From positions 1 to 14,143 of the forward strand of contig JBQTJP010000271.1 of the NCBI GenBank assembly GCA_052386995.1: DNA of 14,143 bases, given 5' to 3'. Made by a program: the position numbers and the translations under genes. Source of the DNA: Armatimonadota bacterium. GTDB taxonomy: Bacteria > Sysuimicrobiota > Sysuimicrobiia > Sysuimicrobiales > Humicultoraceae. Below, one piece after another: positions 7,787 to 14,143 of this stretch. Under the pieces are notes generated by a model. The model did not search any database. It had not been told where the DNA came from and saw only the letters and a program-made list of their open reading frames with translations. How positions within the stretch are numbered: the stretch's first letter is position 1; each line of letters starts with the position of its first letter.

Positions 7787-8672
7787 ACGCCGACCTTGCG
7801 CGCAGCCGGCGCACGCGTTCCTCCACCGGGGGATGGGTGTTGAACAGACCGTTCAGCCATCCGCCCCATTCACGGAGGGGATTGATGATGTAGAGATGAG
7901 CGGTAGCCTTGTTTGCGACTTCGAGAGGCTCTGGGTCAGCGCTGAGCTTCTCCAGAGCGCTGGCCAGGCCTTCCGGGTACCGCGTGAGCATCGCGCCCGA
8001 TGCGTCGGCAAGATACTCGCGGCTGCGCGAGATGGCCATCCGCAGCAACTGCGCCAGGATCGGCGAGAGCACCGCCAGGACCAGGCCGACGAGCACCACC
8101 AGTCCCGCGCCGCCGCCTTCACGGCCGCCGCGTCGGCGTCCCCAACGCATGCTCCGCATCAGCCAGTCGCTCATCAGGGCCACGAGCCCGACGAGGACGG
8201 CGGCGATGGTCGAGAGCCGGATGTCGTAGTTCTGAATGTGCGCCATCTCGTGGGCAATCACGCCTTCCAGTTCCAGGCGATCGAGTTTGTCGAGCAGGCC
8301 GGTGGTGACGGCGATCGCGGCATGCTGCGGATCGCGGCCTGTGGCGAAGGCGTTGGGCGCGCTATCGTCGATGATGTAGAGACGCGGGGCGGGGATACCC
8401 GCGGCAATCGCGAGCCCCCCAACCGTATTGTGCAGGTATGGATACACGTCGCGCGAGGCCTCGCGCGCCCCGCTGATCGTCAGGACGATCCGGTCGCTGG
8501 CGTAATAACTCGCCCAGGCGCCCGCGATCGCGACGAGACCGGCCACGACGGCGCCGGCATAGCCGAACTCGGTCAGCTCGCCGAAGACGTACCCGAGCGC
8601 CGCCGCCAGCGCCACGAACCCGATGACGAGGACCCAGGTCCGGCGGACATTTCCCTCGATGGCTTCATACAT
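7785..8672 (-). CDS. htpX: HtpX-family M48 membrane zinc metalloprotease
   Basis: PNAFATG, HEMAH (HExxH), SRSREYLAD, THPP; four hydrophobic segments. Confidence 0.93.
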   Translation of the reverse strand: MYEAIEGNVRRTWVLVIGFVALAAALGYVFGELTEFGYAGAVVAGLVAIAGAWASYYASDRIVLTISGAREASRDVYPYLHNTVGGLAIAAGIPAPRLYIIDDSAPNAFATGRDPQHAAIAVTTGLLDKLDRLELEGVIAHEMAHIQNYDIRLSTIAAVLVGLVALMSDWLMRSMRWGRRRGGREGGGAGLVVLVGLVLAVLSPILAQLLRMAISRSREYLADASGAMLTRYPEGLASALEKLSADPEPLEVANKATAHLYIINPLREWGGWLNGLFNTHPPVEERVRRLRARSA

Positions 8673-8687
8673 CGAGGACCCGAGCCG

Positions 8688-9233
8688 TTAGAACGCCACT
8701 TTGACGGGCTGCCGCGCCGCCTCGTCTTCCATCTCGAAGTACTCGCGCGGGCCAAAATTCATCTGGTTGGCAATCAGGACGGCCGGAAACGCCTGCCGCG
8801 CGTTGTTGTAGCGCAGGACCGTGTCGTTGTAGAACTGGCGCGAAAACGCGATCTTGCTCTCGGTTCCGCTGAGCTCTTCCTGCAGCTGCAGGAAGTTCTC
8901 GTTGGCCCGCAGCTGCGGATAGTTCTCGGCCACGGCGAAGAGGCTGCGCAGCGCCTGCGTGAGCATGTTCTCCGCCTGTCCCTGCTCGCCCACGGTCCCG
9001 GCGGCGATCGCCCCCGCGCGCGCTTTCGTCACCCGTTCAAACACCTCGCGCTCGTGGGTGGCGTATCCTTTGACCGTCTCGACGAGATTGGGAATGAGAT
9101 CGTAGCGACGCCGCAGCTGCACGTCGATCTGCGACCACGCGTTGTCGGTGCGGTTGCGCAGCACGACGAGGCGATTGTAGACCATGATGGCGTAGAGCGC
9201 GAGAAGAACTATGGCTCCGACGACGTAGATCAC
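8688..9233 (-). CDS. lemA: LemA family protein
   Basis: N-terminal TM, YN.LV.LRN...[32 protein letters not shown]; strong GAGGAGGTG SD at 9247-9239; upstream of htpX. Confidence 0.95.
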   Translation of the reverse strand: MIYVVGAIVLLALYAIMVYNRLVVLRNRTDNAWSQIDVQLRRRYDLIPNLVETVKGYATHEREVFERVTKARAGAIAAGTVGEQGQAENMLTQALRSLFAVAENYPQLRANENFLQLQEELSGTESKIAFSRQFYNDTVLRYNNARQAFPAVLIANQMNFGPREYFEMEDEAARQPVKVAF

Positions 9234-9296
9234 GCAGTCACCTCCTCGTTGTGATATCGAGACCTGTGATGCCCAACCATCGCTGCCGCGAGTCGC

Positions 9297-9323
9297 AGAG
9301 GGTTTCGGCGCACCTTCACGAAT
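9297..9323 (+). promoter_or_regulatory. Sigma-H-like promoter motif upstream of pepF
   Basis: AGAGGGTTT-N13-CGAAT, then 11 nt to ATG 9335. Confidence 0.6.
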
Positions 9324-9334
9324 CCCCTAGGGCC

Positions 9335-11170
9335 ATGCCGCCCGCCGTGGTGGTACCGCCCCGCAGTGCTGTTGCACGCGAGCACACCTGGAACGCCGAA
9401 AGCGTGTTTCCATCGCACGACGCCTGGGAGGCGGCCTTTCAGCAGGTCGCCGGTGAACTGCCGGCGCTGCGCCGCTTCCAGGGCCACCTGGGCGATGGCC
9501 CGGACACCCTGGCCGAGTGGTTGGCCGAGGTCCAGCGTGTCCTTCGGACGCTCGGACAGGTAGTCGTCTATGCGGCCCTGGGTCATTCGGTCGATACCAC
9601 GGATCAGCATGCGGCGGCGCGTCACGATCGAGCCCGAGGCCTGTTCGCGCGCGCGATGGCGGCGATCGCGTTCGCCGATCCCGAGATGATCGACGTGGGG
9701 TTCGACACGCTGCGCCGGTGGACACGCGAAGACCCGAAGATGGCCGTCTATGCACATTACATCGACCGGCTCGAACGCCGCGCGCCTCACGTGCGCTCGG
9801 CGGAGGTCGAGGAGCTCCTGAGCCAGGTAGCGGACCCCTTCCGCACGGCATCCGCCACGCACGGCATCCTGGCCGATGCCGACCTGACCTTTGCCCAGGC
9901 TCGCTCCGCGGATGGCACCGAGCAGCTCGAAGTGGCCCAGGGCACCATCGGTGCGCTGCTGGCGCATCCCGATCGCCACGTGCGGCGCACGGCGTGGGAG
10001 AGTTACGCCGACGCGCACCTGGCCCACAAGCACGCAATGGCGAGCAACATCGCCGCCGGTGTCAAGCAGAATGTCTTCCTGGCGGGCGCCCGGCAGTATC
10101 CATCCGCCCTGGAAGCGTCGCTGGGCGCCAACCATATTCCTGTCGAGGTCTTTTTCAATCTCATCGAAACGTACCGGCGCAACCTGCCGACATGGCACCG
10201 GTACTGGAAGATCCGCCGGCAGGCCCTCGGCTACGACACGCTGCACCTCTACGACCTGCGCGCGCCCCTCGTGCGGCGCAAGCCGGCCGTGCCCTTCGAG
10301 CGGGCCGTCGAGTGGATTCTGGAAGGCATGCGGCCGCTGAGCGATGAGTATGTCGCGGTCGCGCGGCGTGGCCTGCTCGAGCAGCGGTGGGTCGACCGCG
10401 CCACCAACAAGGGCAAGCGGGCCGGCGCCTTCTCCGCCGGGGCGCCGGGCACGCACCCGTTCATCGTCATGAGCTACACCGATGATGTATTCGGATTGAG
10501 CACGCTGGCGCACGAGCTGGGTCACTCGATGCATTCGTACTACTCCTGGCAGACGCAGCCCCTGGTCTACGCGCGCTACGGGATCTTCCTGGCGGAGGTC
10601 GCGTCGAACTTCAACCAGGCGATGGTGCGCGCGTATCTGCTCGAGAGTCAGACCGATCCCGAGCTCCAGATCGCCGTGATCGAGGAAGCGATGGCCAACT
10701 TCCTCCGCTATTTCTTGGTCATGCCAACTCTGGCGCGGTTCGAACTGGAGATCCACCAGCGTGTGGAGCGGGGGCAGGCGCTCACCGCGCAGCCCATGAT
10801 GACCCTGATGTCCGAGCTGTTCAGCGAGGCGTATGGCCATGAGGTCACGGTCGACCGCGACCGCCTGGGCATTACGTGGGCCCAGTTTCCGACGCACCTC
10901 TATTCGAATTTCTACGTGTTTCAGTACGCGACAGGCATTTCCGGGGCCCACGCCCTGGCCGAAGGCGTCCGTGCGGGAAAACCGGGAGCCGCCAAACGCT
11001 ACATGGCCTTTCTGAAATCCGGGGGCTCGCGCTTTCCCCTGGACACGCTCAAGGAAGCCGGCGTCGATCTGATCTCCCCGGAGCCTGTGGAGAGGGCCTT
11101 CGGCGTCCTCGCACAGCTGGTAGACCGGCTCGCATCGTTGCTCGCCGCACGCCCCGCCGGCACGACATAG
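9335..11170 (+). CDS. pepF: Oligoendopeptidase F (M3B)
   Basis: PRSAV...TW N-terminus, [20 protein letters not shown] (HExxH), [21 protein letters not shown] 9335 is preferred over GTG 9251. Confidence 0.93.
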   Translation: MPPAVVVPPRSAVAREHTWNAESVFPSHDAWEAAFQQVAGELPALRRFQGHLGDGPDTLAEWLAEVQRVLRTLGQVVVYAALGHSVDTTDQHAAARHDRARGLFARAMAAIAFADPEMIDVGFDTLRRWTREDPKMAVYAHYIDRLERRAPHVRSAEVEELLSQVADPFRTASATHGILADADLTFAQARSADGTEQLEVAQGTIGALLAHPDRHVRRTAWESYADAHLAHKHAMASNIAAGVKQNVFLAGARQYPSALEASLGANHIPVEVFFNLIETYRRNLPTWHRYWKIRRQALGYDTLHLYDLRAPLVRRKPAVPFERAVEWILEGMRPLSDEYVAVARRGLLEQRWVDRATNKGKRAGAFSAGAPGTHPFIVMSYTDDVFGLSTLAHELGHSMHSYYSWQTQPLVYARYGIFLAEVASNFNQAMVRAYLLESQTDPELQIAVIEEAMANFLRYFLVMPTLARFELEIHQRVERGQALTAQPMMTLMSELFSEAYGHEVTVDRDRLGITWAQFPTHLYSNFYVFQYATGISGAHALAEGVRAGKPGAAKRYMAFLKSGGSRFPLDTLKEAGVDLISPEPVERAFGVLAQLVDRLASLLAARPAGTT

Positions 11171-11185
11171 TCGCTCACAGCACGC

Positions 11186-11212
11186 GCAGGGTTTGAGAGA
11201 CCCGACGCGAAT
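11186..11212 (+). promoter_or_regulatory. Sigma-H-like promoter motif upstream of the phoD-like gene
   Basis: GCAGGGTTT-N13-CGAAT, then 9 nt to GTG 11222. Confidence 0.6.
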
Positions 11213-11221
11213 CCCTAGGCC

Positions 11222-12748
11222 GTGCGTCACGTCGCACTCGGGCTCGCCCTCGTTCTTTTCGTCGCCATCCCGCCCGCGCTCTCGCAGGTCGTGCTGTTGT
11301 TTCCCTACGGCGTTGCCGCCGGCGACGTCACGCCGACGTCGGCGGTGCTGTGGACGCGCTCCAATCGATCCCTGCCGCTCGCCGTCGAGGTCTCGCCCGA
11401 TCGCGGATTTGGCGCGGTCGCCTTTACCGCGGCGGCCACACCATCTGCGGACCGCGGCGGAAGCGTCAAGCTGCTGGCCGGGCGCCTGAATCCGGGCACA
11501 CGGTACTTCTTTCGATTCAAGGTCGGGCGTGGGGCCTACTCGGACGTGGGAACGTTCGTGACCGCGCCCCCGCAGGCGTCAAGCGCGGACCTCCGGCTGG
11601 CGTTCTCTGGTGACGTGGACGGGACGCACGTTGGCGGCGCGCCGGTCTTCTCGTTGAGCCTGCTCGACACGGCCGCGGCCGAGCGCCCCGATGTCTTCAT
11701 CCTGCTGGGCGATACGATCTACAGCGACTCCGCGCACGGCCCCCAGGCCGCGCGGACGCTCGAGGAGTACCGGGCGAAGTACCGAGAAGTGCAGGCGACG
11801 TCCTCGATGCGGGCCCTGCTGCGCTCCACGTCCGTCATCGCGATGTGGGATGACCACGAAGTCGAGAACGACTTCGATGCCGAGTCGGTAGACCGGAGCA
11901 AGCTTGAAGCCGGGCGACAGGCATTCCTGGAAGCCTGGCCGGTCGCCGAGCGGGAGGGCGGCGGGCTCTATCGCTCGTTCCAGTGGGGGCGCGACATAGA
12001 AATGTTTGTCCTCGACCTGCGGTCCTACCGCAGCCGGCAGGCGTCCAAGACCCGTGTTTGCGACAACCCCCCGGGAAGCGCGGCCCCGGATCTCGCCCCA
12101 ACCCTTCCGGCGCAGATCCGGGCGGCGTTTGCGCCGTTGATCCGGCAGATGGCGCTGCCGGTGCCGCCCGCGTGCCTGGCGGCGCTCCGCGATCCGAACC
12201 GGACGCTCCTTGGGGACGCGCAGAAACGGTGGCTGCTGCAGCGTCTGCGCGGCAGCACGGCCACCTGGAAGTTCATCGTCAACGAAGTGCCGATGCAGGA
12301 GTTCTTCGCCAATCCCTACGACCGGTGGGAAGGGTATGCGGCCGAACGTGCGGAGGTCCTGAATTTCATTCGCACCACAGGTATTGCGAACGTCGTCTGG
12401 TTGAGCACCGATCTGCACGCCGTCCTGGTCAACGATGTCCGCGCGGCGACCTACGGCCCCCAGTCCGAACCGACCGGCATGAGAGAGGTGGTCGTCGGGC
12501 CCATCGCGACGAACACGTTTGCCAGGGCGATTGCGACCGTGGCCGGGCAGGCAATCGTCCCGGCGTTTGCGGCGTTCCTCCAGGCGCCGCTCCCTCAAGG
12601 GCTGGGACTGGCATGCGCGGTGCTGGACCGGTTCACCTACGCGACGGTCGAGGTGAGTAGCGCCGCGCGCACCGTGACGATTACGCCCAAAGACGCCGCG
12701 GGGCAGCCGGTCTGCCGGAACCCGTTGGTGCTCAATGCCGTACGATAG
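11222..12748 (+). CDS. phoD: Alkaline phosphatase D family metallophosphatase, secreted
   Basis: FPYGVAAGD....AVLWTR, LGDTIY, WDDHE, LDLRSYR, DRWEGY, STDLH; N-terminal signal peptide. Confidence 0.88.
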   Translation: MRHVALGLALVLFVAIPPALSQVVLLFPYGVAAGDVTPTSAVLWTRSNRSLPLAVEVSPDRGFGAVAFTAAATPSADRGGSVKLLAGRLNPGTRYFFRFKVGRGAYSDVGTFVTAPPQASSADLRLAFSGDVDGTHVGGAPVFSLSLLDTAAAERPDVFILLGDTIYSDSAHGPQAARTLEEYRAKYREVQATSSMRALLRSTSVIAMWDDHEVENDFDAESVDRSKLEAGRQAFLEAWPVAEREGGGLYRSFQWGRDIEMFVLDLRSYRSRQASKTRVCDNPPGSAAPDLAPTLPAQIRAAFAPLIRQMALPVPPACLAALRDPNRTLLGDAQKRWLLQRLRGSTATWKFIVNEVPMQEFFANPYDRWEGYAAERAEVLNFIRTTGIANVVWLSTDLHAVLVNDVRAATYGPQSEPTGMREVVVGPIATNTFARAIATVAGQAIVPAFAAFLQAPLPQGLGLACAVLDRFTYATVEVSSAARTVTITPKDAAGQPVCRNPLVLNAVR

Positions 12749-12771
12749 GAAGTAAGCGGAGAAATCCGGTC

Positions 12772-12780
12772 TGCTATAAT
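12772..12780 (+). promoter_or_regulatory. Extended -10 housekeeping promoter (TGnTATAAT) for the DUF151 gene
   Basis: Perfect TGCTATAAT in the intergenic region of a GC-rich genome; AAGGGGAG SD at 12833-12840; no good -35. Confidence 0.7.
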
Positions 12781-12846
12781 GGCGGCAAGGGTAAATACTC
12801 AGCACAGAGGCGCGCTACTCTCGACTGTCGGAAAGGGGAGCCTGCC

Positions 12847-13353
12847 GTGCGCGTGATGAAGGTCCGCCGAGTCGCCCTCGATCAACAGAACAACCCCGTG
12901 GTGCTGCTGGTCGACGACGAGGAGACGGTCGCTCTGCCGATCTGGATCGGGCAGGCCGAGGCCATGGCGATCGCGATGCGGCTGCAGAGCGTGCAGCCTC
13001 CCCGCCCTATGACGCACGACCTCCTGCAGGCGGTGCTCGAGCAGTTGTCGGCCACGGTGACTCGGATCGTGATCAGCGACGTCAAAGACTCCACGTACTA
13101 CGCCGAGATCCACCTCTCGCGGAACGGCACGGCGCTCGTCATCGATTCCCGCCCCAGCGACGCGATCGCGCTCGCGCTGCGGGTCGACGCGCCGATCTTC
13201 GTCGAGGACAAGGTCGCCGCGCAGGGCATGCCGCTGCGGAAGGGCGCAGATGGCGAAGGCCGGCCCGAATTAGAAGAGGAGCTCGATCCGCAGGAATTTC
13301 GCAAGTTCCTCGAGCGCGTCAAACCCGGCGACTTCAAGGGCCCGGTCCACTAA
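12847..13353 (+). CDS. Bifunctional nuclease family protein (DUF151/BFN)
   Basis: LPIWIG..EA.AI, RPMTHDLL, DSRPSDAIALALR, C-terminal FRKFLE.VKP.DF. Confidence 0.92.
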   Translation: MRVMKVRRVALDQQNNPVVLLVDDEETVALPIWIGQAEAMAIAMRLQSVQPPRPMTHDLLQAVLEQLSATVTRIVISDVKDSTYYAEIHLSRNGTALVIDSRPSDAIALALRVDAPIFVEDKVAAQGMPLRKGADGEGRPELEEELDPQEFRKFLERVKPGDFKGPVH

Positions 13354-13357
13354 TATT

Positions 13358-14143
13358 CTAGCGGCACCCCGGAGTCTGGCTGGGTACCGTCCAGAACGTA
13401 TAGACGTCACAGTCGTCGGCCGCGGGTGGACGCGGAAGCGGGATCTGCCTCCGCACCGGGGGCAGGCTCCGCAAGTACACGATGAGGGCGCGCACGTCTT
13501 CCTCGTCCCAGTTCGACGCGTGGTCCCAGATCATCCCCTGCCAGTGCATCATCCGGCCGCTGGCAGACACGCCGCTGCGAATGGCCCGGGCAATCTGTGG
13601 ATCGGTCCACGCTCCGATGCCCGTGACCGTGTCGGGCGTGATGTTCCTCACCCATAACGTCCCCATCGGCTTCCAGCTGATCTTCAGACCTCCGGCGCCG
13701 TTTGCGCCGTGGCAGAGGGCGCACGACGAGACCGCATAGAGATAGCGGCCCCGCTCGGCCAGCGTTGCCTGCTCATCACTGGGAAACGCCGAGGGGTTCG
13801 GCTTCGGCGGCCCCCCTTCCGTGGCACCCGCCACAATCTGCTCCGCCGGGATAATCGTCAGAAACGGGAGCTCGTAGAGCATCCAGACCATCAGCACTAG
13901 GCCGAAAACCGCGACGATGCCGATCCCCCGACGCACACGGGCCGACCACCGCCGCGGCCCGGGGCGTGTCACCGGCCCCGCTCGAAGAAACGCGACAAAC
14001 CCCGCCACGAGCACGGCCCATTGCACGATGAGCAAGATGGTCTGAGGAAGATCCCGGGGCAGGCCCGGCGCGGTCTGGCCGAACATCCCGTCGGCAAACG
14101 TGAGCACGCCGGGGTTGATCGCCGGAAGCGCGCGCGTGAGTTT
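13358..14143 (-). CDS. Membrane-anchored c-type cytochrome (5'-truncated by the window)
   Basis: CALCH heme motif, NITPD..TGIG.WTD.QI.RAIR.G and L..YLRSLPPV as in dehydrogenase-type cytochrome c domains; two TM helices upstream. Frame is open to 14143 (KLTRALPAINPGVL...). Confidence 0.82.
   Translation of the reverse strand, partial: KLTRALPAINPGVLTFADGMFGQTAPGLPRDLPQTILLIVQWAVLVAGFVAFLRAGPVTRPGPRRWSARVRRGIGIVAVFGLVLMVWMLYELPFLTIIPAEQIVAGATEGGPPKPNPSAFPSDEQATLAERGRYLYAVSSCALCHGANGAGGLKISWKPMGTLWVRNITPDTVTGIGAWTDPQIARAIRSGVSASGRMMHWQGMIWDHASNWDEEDVRALIVYLRSLPPVRRQIPLPRPPAADDCDVYTFWTVPSQTPGCR

Noticed and set aside
9251..9334. N-terminal extension of PepF given in the ORF track
   Set aside because: PepF-like sequence begins at ATG 9335, and this stretch contains the promoter-like motif and the lemA upstream region.
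9230..11230. 666-aa minus-strand ORF
   Set aside because: Antisense shadow of pepF with no recognisable motifs; long shadow frames are expected at this GC content.

Overview
High-GC bacterial chromosomal region with about 13 real genes; most other ORFs in the track are GC-rich shadow frames. Left to right: (+) class I SAM methyltransferase, an unusual GT2 glycosyltransferase-TM-PIG-L/LmbE deacetylase fusion, and an EamA/DMT transporter that lacks a canonical start codon. Then (-) a tightly coupled operon of 2xLysM-NlpC/P60 endopeptidase, murT, gatD and an MFS transporter, and (-) lemA-htpX. Then (+) pepF, a PhoD-family phosphatase and a DUF151 bifunctional nuclease, and (-) a 5'-truncated membrane-bound cytochrome c protein. 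The main non-coding signal is a bipartite motif, NNAGG(G/A)YTY-N13-CGAAT, with identical spacing upstream of three genes (NlpC/P60 operon, pepF, phoD). It resembles the Bacillus sigma-H promoter consensus, and two copies lie 9-11 nt before SD-less start codons. No rRNA, tRNA, CRISPR array or mobile element was seen.
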